Positions 42,208 through 53,148 of a stretch of 56,342 nucleotides of DNA are shown here, piece after piece (positions within the stretch are counted from its first letter, which is position 1; each line of letters begins with the position of its first letter). Source of the stretch: Salisapilia sapeloensis CBS 127946. Taxonomy: Eukaryota; Protista; Oomycota. The notes under the pieces were generated by a model. The model saw nothing but the letters and a program-made list of their open reading frames with translations. It did no database searches and was not told the DNA's origin. A program made the translations under genes and the position numbers. The stretch covers positions 1 to 56,342 of the forward strand of contig JAADVB010000113.1 in NCBI GenBank assembly GCA_023334545.1, read 5' to 3'.

Positions 42208-42811
42208 TTATAAAGAGCGTCGACAGCGCCTTGTACCGCTCGGCGGGGTTTAAACAGATGACCTAGGAGGGTGTGGGAGGGAGGGGGTGGATTCGGAAGT
42301 TGAATCGGATAGGCCACTTGCTAGTACAAGCGCTCGATCACCTTTTCTCGCGGTCGTAAGTAAGAAGAAAAAAGAGCGAGGGTGCGAGTGTCTTGGCGTC
42401 TGTATGCCAGGAAAAGTTGCACGAAAGTAACGTCGAGGTGGCCAATCGCACTTGTCGCTTGCTTCAAGGTCGAGATGCGTAGGAATGGATTTTGAGGAGC
42501 ACACATGCATGGATAGAACTGGATACGTAGCAGAAGATGGCGATGAATAACGGTACGTGTGGTAAGCAAGATGTGGTAGGGAAAGCAACGAGAGTTGAAG
42601 TACAGACGCGACTGAACAATTGGCGTCAAAGCGAATAAGATGCGAATGAAACTGGCCAAGAGAGTAGACTGCGACTGTGGTAGATCCGATACAAAGACAT
42701 CGCACATCTCGGGAGCAAAGACATTCTACCTCTATTTATACGGGACATACAAATACATTGTATAAAGACACCTAATATTGTAGTATTTCGAGGCCAACTT
42801 CAAAAATCGAC

Positions 42812-42826
42812 CTCATTTTCGAATTG
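42812..42826 (+). promoter_or_regulatory. INR+FPR-like core promoter upstream of CPOX
   Basis: ctcattttcgaattg about 20-35 nt before the ATG at 42845. Confidence 0.6.
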
Positions 42827-42844
42827 ACGAAGTACTCGAGAGCC

Positions 42845-44044
42845 ATGCACCGATTCGTGTCCGTCGCCAAGCGGTCAGCAGCCCTTTCATCCATCGCAGG
42901 CGCTTCCCTGCTCTACGCCAACCACGAGACGCACGCAGAAGCTCCGAAAACCATTCCTGCCCATGAATTCCTCTATCGTCCGCTGTCCAAGGATCCTACA
43001 CCAAAGGATAGCATCGAGCTCGATACGTCCGCACCAATGCGCAAGCGCATGGAAAGCATGGTGATGCGCGTTCAGGACGATATTTGCAACGGCATCGAAG
43101 CCATTGAGCAAGGAGCCAAGTTCCGTACGGACGAATATGAGCGTGAAAACAACGGTGGCATCGGCCGCACACGTGTGCTGCAGGATGGCAAGGTCTTTGA
43201 AAAGGCTGGCGTCGGCGTTTCCATCGTCCATGGTAACTTGCCTCCACGCGCATCAGAGCAGATGCGGAATCGTGGCCATGACATTCCGTCCGACCGAGAC
43301 CTTCCGTTCTACGCATGTGGCATCAGTCTCGTCATGCACCCGCACAACCCCATGGCACCGACCATCCACCTCAACTACCGTATCTTTGAAGTAGAAACAG
43401 GAAAAAATGAAGACGGAACGCCCAAGACGCAGCTCTGGTTCGGCGGAGGTGCCGATCTGACCCCGTCCTACCTTTTCCCGGAAGATGCTCGACACTTCCA
43501 TGGCGTCTACAAGACCATCATGGACAAGCATGACGAGACCTTGTATCCGCAGTTCAAGAAGAATTGTGATGACTACTTTTACATTCCTCACCGGAAAGAG
43601 CACCGAGGTATTGGTGGTTTCTTCTATGACGATTTGGAGGAAAATAATGAAAAGACCTTCGCGTGGGTACGTGAATGTGCCAACGCGATGCTCGACAGCT
43701 ACGTTCCAATCATCGAAAAGCGCAAGGACATGCCTTTCACACAGGCGCAGAAGGAGTGGCAGCAGATGCGACGGGGTCGATATGTTGAGTTTAACGTCAT
43801 GTACGACCGAGGCACCAAGTTTGGTCTGTACGCACCGTCTCCGCGTGTCGAGAGTATCCTCATGTCTTTACCATTGACGGCTCGATGGGAGTACATGCAT
43901 GTCCCGAAGAAGGGATCGTGGGAAGAAGAGACGCTCAAGGTGCTGCAGGAACCAGTCGAGTGGATGCAGGTACCGGAAACCGACTTGGGAAACATGTCCA
44001 CGTCGGAACTCATCAAGGAATTAGCTCGGCGTAGTGAACAATAG
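42845..44044 (+). CDS. CPOX: Oxygen-dependent coproporphyrinogen III oxidase (HemF type)
   Basis: VFEKAGVGVS, GISLVMHPHNPMAPTIHLNYR, WFGGGADLTPSY, HRKEHRGIGGFFYDD, RRGRYVEFNVMYDRGTKFGL and ESILMSLPLTARW. Confidence 0.97.
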   Translation: MHRFVSVAKRSAALSSIAGASLLYANHETHAEAPKTIPAHEFLYRPLSKDPTPKDSIELDTSAPMRKRMESMVMRVQDDICNGIEAIEQGAKFRTDEYERENNGGIGRTRVLQDGKVFEKAGVGVSIVHGNLPPRASEQMRNRGHDIPSDRDLPFYACGISLVMHPHNPMAPTIHLNYRIFEVETGKNEDGTPKTQLWFGGGADLTPSYLFPEDARHFHGVYKTIMDKHDETLYPQFKKNCDDYFYIPHRKEHRGIGGFFYDDLEENNEKTFAWVRECANAMLDSYVPIIEKRKDMPFTQAQKEWQQMRRGRYVEFNVMYDRGTKFGLYAPSPRVESILMSLPLTARWEYMHVPKKGSWEEETLKVLQEPVEWMQVPETDLGNMSTSELIKELARRSEQ

Positions 44045-44126
44045 ACGTACAAATGTCCTTTTTGATTCTATCTTTTTATCAGTTTTTTGAGAACAGCATG
44101 TACACGGGTTATACTCGTGTACTATT

Positions 44127-44597
44127 CTATGCTTCATCTTGCATGGAAGACTCATCTGCAATGTCGGCAGAAAAGCAGTCGATAGTGATAGATTCTAGGA
44201 AGCAGTCGGTGGCATTGATCAACGTTGGGGTGCTCAAGTCTGCTGGATGGAAGATGTCTGTTGGATCGATGCACGTGTCGACAGCTATCTCTTCCGGCGC
44301 TGAAGGAGAAGAGGTGGACGCTTTATTACTTGACCTACTGGTCTGGAGGTACTCTAGCACTCGACCTCGATACTTTTGACAATGGCTTTGGACTTGAGGA
44401 GACGTTTTTCCAACCATGGCAGCAATCTTCTGCCACGGTCCTTGCGGATACTCTTGTAGCGCGTCTAGAAACAAGTTGTGCTCAGCTGCTGACCAGTGGC
44501 TTGTACGACACAGGTGCTGTCGCTTCATCGGCAGTCGGATCACTCGTCCTTGGTTGTCGAATAGAATGTTGTTTGGACCATCGGGCTTAAACGGCAT
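44127..44597 (-). CDS. Myb-like (SHAQKY-class) DNA-binding protein
   Basis: WSAAEHNLFLDALQEYPQGPWQKIAAMVGKTSPQVQSHCQKY with an acidic C-terminus. Confidence 0.85.
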   Translation of the reverse strand: MPFKPDGPNNILFDNQGRVIRLPMKRQHLCRTSHWSAAEHNLFLDALQEYPQGPWQKIAAMVGKTSPQVQSHCQKYRGRVLEYLQTSRSSNKASTSSPSAPEEIAVDTCIDPTDIFHPADLSTPTLINATDCFLESITIDCFSADIADESSMQDEA

Positions 44598-46362
44598 ATT
44601 GGGAAGTGACGGAGAGTGTCGACTGTGACTGTTAGTCGACTGTCTCGTTTGAGAATAGGACCTTGCCAGGTACCTTTCGAACGGATGAGAGACTGTACGT
44701 TGTTTTCAAGTGGAACGTTGGAGCGGATACCTTACATCCGCATTCGACATATCGTGATGTCGAACGATAGCGCCGTTCATTGAGGCGGTACTGCATGCAT
44801 TTGCTAGGTTTCTCATACTTGTCGTCTAATAGGTGTCTGGATGTGCACAAGATTGTAGGTTCGCGGCGGATGATGCCATATTTACTTACATGATCATTTT
44901 CCCTTGATGTACCTTGGCTCCATCCCACTATTGACGCAAAATTGAAAATCATATCTCTGCGATCAATCGCAAAAGTAGTGAAAGATGGTCCGATGGGGTA
45001 TGCTCATCAAGTATCTATTGATTTACACTAGACCTACTCAGTTGGACTTCCTATCATTGCAGCGCATTGATAGATGGTCCGATGGAGACAATGAACTTTC
45101 GTATCTTGTTTTAGGTGCGGTTGGATCTAGAAAGTTCTCATGTAGCTTTATTGTAAAAGCAATATATATCCACGGTAACTTGATCGTGGAAGAGCAGATG
45201 CAGAATTTCTGTTTTGCTCTGTATAACGCCAGAGGCTGGTTTAAGTTTGTGACACCCAGCAGCTTTTTCTGTGATGATGGAGCAGGGTTCAGTCTGAGAA
45301 GTCATGCGTTCCAAAGATACAATGGATACGGATACTTGTAGAAGGTATGCGTACTGCTTACTTTGATGTACCTATGGCCTTTTGGTTTCACACCAAGCAT
45401 TAGAAGGATGCCAGAATTTTGCACTCCATACTATAGCCCCCATGTCGGCAGTCATCCTCGCCAGAAAGGTTCGACTTCGTCGAAACGTCGAAAGCAATTC
45501 GCAAGTACGAAGCGAGAAGTTATTCTATTTGAAAATCAACATTGCTCCACTGACATACATCGACCAAGATGATGTACCCTGAAACAGGACCAGTCATCAC
45601 GTGCAGTCAATCTAGCGACGATGGGGTCATATCCAGAGTTGTACTCGGATATAGTACCCCCAATGATTTGTGAAGAAATTCAATGTTTATATTTTTGGAA
45701 GATTGCTTTCAAGTACGGCTCTATGGTCAAGCCATCTGTGCACTGCCGTCTGTGGCTAATATTAAAGAAAACTCTTTTCAGTGTAGCAACACATACTAAG
45801 ATACTAAAGGCAGTCATTAAAAAGAATTTGCATCGAGTGTGCGTAAATCATAAGCAGGGATTTCAGAGTAGCTGTCTTCCTTTAATAGTTTCTGGTAGTG
45901 AAGCACACTGTGTTCACCAATGACTAGAAGCCTGGCATGACTCATCTCTTTCACTGACTACACAGTTGAACTAGTTATGCTTCACTTGTCTGACGCCATT
46001 GACAGAAGTTGCCATCGAGAGAGCCATGACCTTCGATTAATGTCTATGGGTGCAAGTAGCACATCATGCGGTGGGATGCATGCATACAACCCAAGCTTTT
46101 CATTCATCGTAAAATGGGTTGATCTCGTTATAAGAAAGAGTTCGCACAAGTCTGTCTTAAAATGCCCGGCAAGAGTAATTACTCGTTGTACATCGACTGT
46201 TGAAATCCATCCATCGAAGCTGAGTGCAAGCGTCCATTCGAAAGTCTCATCTTCCATTCGCTGTTTTGTACCGTCTGAACTAGGCCAGTTTCCAGTTCAG
46301 ATTGAGACTTCCAAAGCTTCCCAGTCTCATTTTCCTACTTTCCATCCCTTCTTTCATTCCTC

Positions 46363-47004
46363 ATGACGTTCAAGCTGCAGGGCCCGAACAGCATCCTATA
46401 TAACGAGGACAAAACCGTCTATCGGCTAGGGATGAAGCGTCCATCAGGTCTTTGGAGTGTAGAGCGACACGAACGCTTCCTTGACGCACTGGAATTGTAT
46501 CCTTATGGACCTTGGAAATCCATCGCCAAGTATTGTGACGTTAAGAGTTCTCAAGCCGAATCACATGCCCAAAAGCATCGGATAAATGTAGAAGAGCATC
46601 GCAGTGGGCTTAGTGGATCATCGGGCCGAGCACTTGCGATACGCGTCAAAAAGAGGCAGCAGCGTCGATCATCCTCTTTGCCAGAAAGGATAAATTCTCT
46701 CCCGTCCGTCGCGTCGGGCCATCATACTTGTAGCAAGGAATTGATATACGAATTATACTCGAATGTTCAAGACGAAGTATATCCATGCACCGGTATTGCT
46801 TCGGTGAGTGGATTTCGGATCAAAGATACGCTTTCGACGGATTGTGCTTCCAGACCTGTCCAAGTGTGGGAGCTCAAGCTACTGCAGCAGTTCATAGACG
46901 ATCTAGTGTGTCTACCGCAAAATCTTTGTGATCATCCTACGCAGACAGACGAAATGACCATGCTTGGAAATAGCGTGTTAGCTGATATGACATGGGGTAT
47001 ATAA
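46363..47004 (+). CDS. Myb-like (SHAQKY-class) DNA-binding protein, paralogue of 44127..44597
   Basis: WSVERHERFLDALELYPYGPWKSIAKYCDVKSSQAESHAQKH; INR-like tctcattttc at about 46325. Confidence 0.85.
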   Translation: MTFKLQGPNSILYNEDKTVYRLGMKRPSGLWSVERHERFLDALELYPYGPWKSIAKYCDVKSSQAESHAQKHRINVEEHRSGLSGSSGRALAIRVKKRQQRRSSSLPERINSLPSVASGHHTCSKELIYELYSNVQDEVYPCTGIASVSGFRIKDTLSTDCASRPVQVWELKLLQQFIDDLVCLPQNLCDHPTQTDEMTMLGNSVLADMTWGI

Positions 47005-47289
47005 TGCTGGTAACTACCGACTACATTGACGACAAGACTGTACTAAAGTGGAATGACCGAATACATGTTCAATCGGATTCAGTTCATTTCACCTCCATTT
47101 ACCCCTTCCATCGATTAATCCATTCAATAGCCTATAGTATAAATCTTTACTCGATTCATTTTGTCTGCAATCTCCTCCCATGCACGTGGGCACGTCTAGG
47201 AACAACTTTAGCTAGAGTGCTTCCTTGACTTATCTTTCATACTCTTTCTTAGTCTTTCATAAAAGATCTTAAAGTCGAAACGACTCATC

Positions 47290-48447
47290 ATGCGCTGGAT
47301 TAAGCGATGGACGCATGTACGTTCACCTGCCTTGGTTTGTCAGAACTTCTCCACGGCCCCTCCGACGTCTAGGCTCAATGTAGCTGTTGTAGGCTCTGGT
47401 CGGATGGGCCAACTTCGCATCCAAGGCCTTCAATCGAGCCCTCAATTTAATCTCGTCGCCGTCATCGACGCCTTTGATAACGATACGGAGGGTATATCTC
47501 CTCCACGCTTTCCGTCTTTAAAAGCTGCTTCTGACCACTTAAGTGACACTCCACTGGACGGAGTGTGGATCGCCACACCAACACCAACGCATCACGACAT
47601 CATCCGTGAATGCCTCGAATTAAAGCAAACTCACTCTTCCTTTCCACTCGTTTCCATTGGCGTTGAAAAGCCTGTCGGTATGAACTTGGAGGAAACGGAT
47701 ACGTGCTATGAACTTTGTGAAGCAAACGATATCGACCTCGTTTGTTCTTTCCAACGACGTTTCGATCCGAGTTACGTTCGGCTAAAAGAAAGCCACGAGC
47801 TCTCTCGTCGTAGTATCCAGAGCATCCACACAGTTTTTCGAGACCATCCGATGCCACCGATTGAGTTCCTAAAGACCGGTGGCGATCCGTTTCATGACTT
47901 GGCTGTCCACGACATTGATTTCGTCTGTGACTTGTTGAACGAGTATCCTCGGCAAGTGACAGCCTTTGGGACGACCAAGAGCAGGAGTCTACAGGAGGCA
48001 AATGTCATGGACAAGGCAAGTGTCTGGTTAGAGTTTGAAACGACAGGAGCTGTGTGTACGATGGACATTAGTCGGCATAGTGCTTACGGGTATGACCAAC
48101 GGATTGAAGTGTTCTATCAGGACGGAAGTATGGCACAGGTACAGAATCCAGCTGTGGATACGTACGTCGAATACGGACATCAGATCGCGAACTCAACGTT
48201 TGTCTACTCTTTTCCACAACGATTCGTACAAGCGTATGCGCTCGAGCTACAGCATTGGGGCAACGTGATGCACCAATTGGAGCGTAAAAAAGTCACGTGG
48301 AACGCTGCGAGGATGGCGACGGTCATTAGTGAAGCGTGCCGTCTCGCTGCCGTCCACAAGTCAAGTGTGGGACTGACGTACGATAAGACAAAGCAAGTGT
48401 CTCCGACGTCCGACCCCATTCTCGAATGTACGTATGAATTCAAATGA
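47290..48447 (+). CDS. Gfo/Idh/MocA oxidoreductase, myo-inositol 2-dehydrogenase-like
   Basis: VAVVGSGRMG (NAD binding), EKP, FQRRFDP, GGDPFHDLAVHDID and YGYDQRIEV; Arg-rich N-terminal extension ending NFST. Confidence 0.88.
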   Translation: MRWIKRWTHVRSPALVCQNFSTAPPTSRLNVAVVGSGRMGQLRIQGLQSSPQFNLVAVIDAFDNDTEGISPPRFPSLKAASDHLSDTPLDGVWIATPTPTHHDIIRECLELKQTHSSFPLVSIGVEKPVGMNLEETDTCYELCEANDIDLVCSFQRRFDPSYVRLKESHELSRRSIQSIHTVFRDHPMPPIEFLKTGGDPFHDLAVHDIDFVCDLLNEYPRQVTAFGTTKSRSLQEANVMDKASVWLEFETTGAVCTMDISRHSAYGYDQRIEVFYQDGSMAQVQNPAVDTYVEYGHQIANSTFVYSFPQRFVQAYALELQHWGNVMHQLERKKVTWNAARMATVISEACRLAAVHKSSVGLTYDKTKQVSPTSDPILECTYEFK

Positions 48448-48459
48448 TCAAGTTGAGAC

Positions 48460-49198
48460 TTATCCAGCACCACGCTGCTTCTCTCGTTTCACCGTCCGTT
48501 GCTTGGCTTTTTCTTTTCGTAGCTTGTCCTTTTGCAACAACTCCTTTTCACGAGCGACTTTCGAGTCGTGCTCTGACTTGAGCTTCTGACGACGCTGAGC
48601 TTGCGCCTCTTGGACACGCTGCTTATTGTCGTTGGATCCGAGACTCGACGCTAGTTGGGAGTCTGCTTGCTTCTTGTCCTTGATTTTCTCCACGAGGTTT
48701 CCATCGTCATCGACCTCAGACAGGGCACTGAATCCGTAGGAAGTAATGAGTTTCTCTCGCTGAGATAACTCTTCTCTCGACCTGTTGTGTGTTAGCTATA
48801 TGGTGGATGCGAGAGGTCGAAAGCACGTACAATTGACCGCGAGCTTTGGCTTTTTCCTTCTCCTGTGCGATGGCTTGCTCCACTTTTTCCTTTTCACGAT
48901 CTCGAGCTTCCTGTTCTTTACGCAGACTTTCCACCCGCTTTTTTTCTTCTGCTTCCACAGCACTTTGTTGCTGCTGGGACTGCAGAGATGTGACTTCCCT
49001 GACCATTTGCGTGGACTGGAGGACAGACGAGATGGTCTTTTCATCAGCTTCTGTGGCTGCAGAGAAGATTTCAATGAGACTCTCAATACGGTCCTCTAGT
49101 GGAGATTCTTCGTCATCGAGGATACTCATGCCGTACGCGACATACACGTCCGGATCGAGATCGAGCGCTTCGACCTTGCCTGTCACCCACTCTTCCAT
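48460..49198 (-). CDS. CCDC43: CCDC43-like coiled-coil protein, 2 exons
   Basis: join(48831..49198, 48460..48781) with a 49-nt GTACGT...CTAAC...CAG intron. WVTGKVEALDLDPDVYVAYGMSIL and EHDSKVAREKELLQKDKLRKEKAKQRTVKREK match the recalled CCDC43 pattern ([24 protein letters not shown]...KKRTQRGER). Confidence 0.85.
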
Positions 49199-49411
49199 CT
49201 GAGCAATTCGTGGTTTGTGTTTGGTGTTTGAAAAGTATCTCCAAAATGAATGTACTCATTGGCTATAGGTTTTGTGATGCTTTATTGATTCGTTGATATG
49301 CTCGCGACATTTAATTCGAAGGGCTATTTCGTAGGTTTTGGATGCTCAAGAAGCGATATAAATGCTCCAAGACAAGTTCAATGACGAAAGATGATAGCGC
49401 ATGAGATTTTG

Positions 49412-51287
49412 TTAATTCAAAGAATCGGAGCAGATACTACTCGTAGGTTTTAACTTTACCCATTTGCCTATGTTGATCTCGACGAAACCTTGGAGCACCA
49501 AGAGCTCATTCTCATGCGACGAACGAATGAGTCGAATAAGAATTTGAAGCCACCAAACGCTCATTGTTACATATCTACACCTTGCATATATGTAAGAAAA
49601 AATTGTGAAAGGAAATTTAAGCATTTTACCGGCTAATAAGCATGGACACGGGGCAGATTGAAATCTCCAATTCATGATGAGCCCATCCAGAGGCTTCATG
49701 CTCGAACCCCCCTTTATCGAACCAGACAAGATCGAGACATATTATCAAGCTCACTACAGCTCCAAGGAAGATAATATAAAAAGCAACAAAGTTGCTTATC
49801 ATAAGCTTTGCTTTCGTGCAGGGCAACAGCGCATCTAACGTGAACACCCATTGCTGCCACAATACATAGTTCAACATTGCCATGCAAACTGCAATGTTCC
49901 AGCCGCAGAGATAGTATAGGCACATTCCTATGACTAATTGCTGACCCCAGAGAAACAGGAACTTAAAGCTAGTAGCTAAACGATACAGTACCTTTCGGTG
50001 ATAACAACTGGCGCAACCGATCATAAAGGTACCAGACAGGATCAATGACGTGGTACATACAGCATTTGCCAAAGTTGGGTACGCTTGAACTACTTTTGGA
50101 ACCATAAAAGGTAATGTAGATATGATACCGAGCATCCCAACAGCATGAAACATGCGCACCCGTCGAGCGGTCGAGCACACATGGTTCATGATAAAGCTGT
50201 AAATAACAACACACATCACGTCTTCTTGAAAAAATAAACCTCGATCAGGTGCAAGTTTCATCGTCATTACGCGCATCTTACTTGCACGTTTGCCTATAGA
50301 CCGAAGTAAAATATTATCTACTACGGGTGCAACTGCATTTGTCCGATCAGTAGGTCGAATGACTGACGCCTTGACACTCTGTACCGGGTCATTTTGATTG
50401 ACTAACACTTGCATGCATGGACTAGCTAGCTCAAGTCGAATGCGACATCTGTACATGACAGAACGAATACCTGCATGGCTTGGAACAGGCTTCTTTTTGG
50501 TGAGTTTATACGTGCGATAAGTAACCCGAATAAACACTATTGCTATCGTTATCGTCGAATTGAACTGAATGTCTTTTGCAGTGATGTGTCCTCTTGGTAA
50601 AGTGAGTACATCTTCCATCGAATGGTCATGTACCCATCCGAAAAGCACTAGAACAGTCCATGAACACATACCCAACGTTCCCAAACCCAAGAAAAGGAAC
50701 GATGTTTTCTGCAATCGCTTCACGGTTTCGCTGAAGATTGTACACATCAATTCCACCCAAATGATGATGGCCAGTACACTTCTCGTACCACCCACATACC
50801 AAAAGAACGAAAGTGTCCAAGCCATGGAGATGGTGGTGAGAAAGATGACTTCGAAGCAGGAGCATAAAATCTTCACATATTCCCAGCACATTCCGAAGAC
50901 TACGAAGACGTAGATTGGTGCGGTGAGTACAAGACTAGTGGCAACTAAAATATTTTGCGTGTCAATTGGGAGTGGATCAAGGATGGCAACTAGCCGCAGA
51001 ATAATGCCAATGCAGCATACAGGAAATAAAATCTTGTGGCATCGTTTCAAGAGTTGATTGTACGCGGAAAGTAAGCGAGGGCATAAAACAATATCTTTCA
51101 CTCTTGTAAATGCATCAAAAGTCGGCAGTTCCTCGCTTTGTATGATCTCGTACACTGGTTTCAATGTAAGTGGTCCGCCCTCGAATATAGAGGGTAAGGC
51201 CTTTCTGCGTTGGTCGATACTCTTCTGTTGCTTGAATTCACTCTTCTTTCTCACTTGCTCTTTAGTTAGAATAGACTTGATCACCAT
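49412..51287 (-). CDS. Oomycete multipass membrane protein of unknown function with two internal modules, 2 exons
   Basis: About 12 hydrophobic segments in two similar blocks. GTAAAA donor at 49629, AG acceptors ending at 49581 or 49575, final exon (VTMSVWWLQILIRL...ELLVLQGFVE) to the stop at 49412. ATG at 51287. Confidence 0.78.
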
Positions 51288-51408
51288 ATTAAGTCCTATC
51301 GCACCTCTCGTAGCTAGATAAGGCAAAAGGTAGAATGTCTTAAAAGTCGGAACTGAATGACCTTGATAACAAAGTTGAAGCTAAAAATAAAATGAAAGTA
51401 TTCGGTAT

Positions 51409-53148
51409 CTATTTTGTCCGTTTGCTCTTCTCCTTCTCATACTCGGTAAAGTTCCCATCAAAGAAAGTCACTTTACCCTCATCTTCAAAGGCCAAAATGT
51501 GCGTACAATTGCGATCGAGGAACCACCGGTCGTGGGAAATGACCATGGCGACACCAGGAAACTCGGTCATCGCGTTCTCAAGACTGCGTAGCGTATCGAC
51601 ATCCAAATCGTTCGTCGGTTCATCCAATAGAATGACATTCGGACCTTCGAGCAGCATCTTGGCCAGATGCACTCGGTTGCGCTCGCCGCCACTGAGCGAC
51701 GCGATTCGCTTCTCTTGCATCGGACCACGCAAGTTGAAGCTGGCAATGTAAGCACGCGTATTGATTTTGTCTCCGTTGCGTTCCACGAACTCATTGTCGT
51801 TGGAGATTTCTTCATACACCGTCCGTTTTGCATTGAGCTCATCTCGGTTCTGACTGACAAAGCCTAGGGACACGGTCTTCCCCCACTTGATATGACCGTC
51901 GTCAGGCTCTTCCATGCCAGACAATATTCGGAACAAGGTCGTTTTACCACTCCCATTGCCACCGATGATGCCGACGACAGCATGTGGCGGTACTTCAAAA
52001 CTCAAATCCTTGAAAAGCCTTCGACCGTCGTCCAACGATTTGGAAAGTTTAGAAACTTGGAGCACACGTTCGCCGAGTCGAGGTCCGTTGGGAATGGAGA
52101 TCTGACCAGCCATGATTCGGTCAGACACGGTCTCGCCACTGGACTCGAGCTGCTTGAGTCGAGCGAGACGCGCCTTGTTCATCTTCTTACTGCCCTGATG
52201 CGTCTGGGACCACGCGAGCTCTTCGTTAATTTGCTTTTGACGAATCTGATCCGCCCGTCGTTGCATGTTGAACCGGTTTTGACGCTGTTGTAGCCATACC
52301 GAATAGTTGCCTTCGTACACGTACGTGTCGCCTCGATCAAGCTCAAGGACCCATCCGGCAACATTGTCAAGGAAGTATCGGTCGTGCGTAATGGACAGAA
52401 CGGTTCCCTTGTAATCCTGTAAGAACGTCTCAAGCCATCCGACGGACTCTGCATCGAGATGGTTCGTCGGTTCATCCAGCAACAAGATATCTGGTTTCTC
52501 AAGCAGTAATCGACAAAGGGCAACGCGACGTCGCTCTCCACCAGACAATGTATCCACGTCGGCGTCTTTTGGAGGAACGCGCAAAGCAGTCATTGCTTTT
52601 TCAACTTCGAAGTTCAAGTCCCAACAGTTTAGACGCTCGATCTTTTCCTGCAGCTCCGACTGCTCTTCGAGCAGCTTGTCAAAGTCCGCATCTGGTTCCC
52701 CCATCTGCATTGACACTGCGTCGAATTTTGCCAAAAGGTCTTGACTTTCCTTGAGCCCATCCATAATGTTACCGTGCACGTCTTTGGAACTGTCAAGCGT
52801 CGGCTCTTGGGCAAGGTAGCCCATCTTGAGACCAGGCTTCACCCACTTTTCACCATCAAAGTCTGTGATGTCACCAGATAAGATACGCAATAAAGTCGAC
52901 TTGCCACTTCCGTTTGCACCCAAAACACCGATCTTTGCGCCTCGCAAAAAGCCTAGACTTAGGTGCTGAAATAGCTTGCGACCACCGCTGATGGCGAAGC
53001 TCACGTCTTTCAAGTGGCACACGAAATCGCCTGGGACACCACCGCCCGGATTACTAGCAGCATTCTTCGTGGCAAAAGCCTGTATCAAATGAGGCTGCTG
53101 CTGCCAAAGCTGGCGCTGACGCGAAGCTCGAGTGCATGCAAGCAACAT
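51409..53148 (-). CDS. ettA: EttA-like ABC-F translational ATPase with putative mitochondrial presequence
   Basis: Two ABC domains (GANGSGKST/LSGGERRR/LLDEPTNHLD and GGNGSGKTT/LSGGERNR/LLDEPTNDLD), no TM helices, EttA-like GPRLG and HDRWFLDR...EGKV.FF.GNFTEYE. N-terminal extension MLLACTRASRQRQLW. Confidence 0.93.
   Translation of the reverse strand: MLLACTRASRQRQLWQQQPHLIQAFATKNAASNPGGGVPGDFVCHLKDVSFAISGGRKLFQHLSLGFLRGAKIGVLGANGSGKSTLLRILSGDITDFDGEKWVKPGLKMGYLAQEPTLDSSKDVHGNIMDGLKESQDLLAKFDAVSMQMGEPDADFDKLLEEQSELQEKIERLNCWDLNFEVEKAMTALRVPPKDADVDTLSGGERRRVALCRLLLEKPDILLLDEPTNHLDAESVGWLETFLQDYKGTVLSITHDRYFLDNVAGWVLELDRGDTYVYEGNYSVWLQQRQNRFNMQRRADQIRQKQINEELAWSQTHQGSKKMNKARLARLKQLESSGETVSDRIMAGQISIPNGPRLGERVLQVSKLSKSLDDGRRLFKDLSFEVPPHAVVGIIGGNGSGKTTLFRILSGMEEPDDGHIKWGKTVSLGFVSQNRDELNAKRTVYEEISNDNEFVERNGDKINTRAYIASFNLRGPMQEKRIASLSGGERNRVHLAKMLLEGPNVILLDEPTNDLDVDTLRSLENAMTEFPGVAMVISHDRWFLDRNCTHILAFEDEGKVTFFDGNFTEYEKEKSKRTK

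Noticed and set aside
45982-46257. 91-aa ORF between the Myb paralogues
   Set aside because: No motif and no similarity to either Myb gene; probably promoter-region noise.
39298-53148. Bacterial contamination or a prokaryotic island suggested by bacterial-like AspRS, HemF, IolG-like and EttA genes
   Set aside because: They are interleaved with intron-containing eukaryotic genes, carry targeting extensions, AspRS itself has an intron, and there is no operon organisation.
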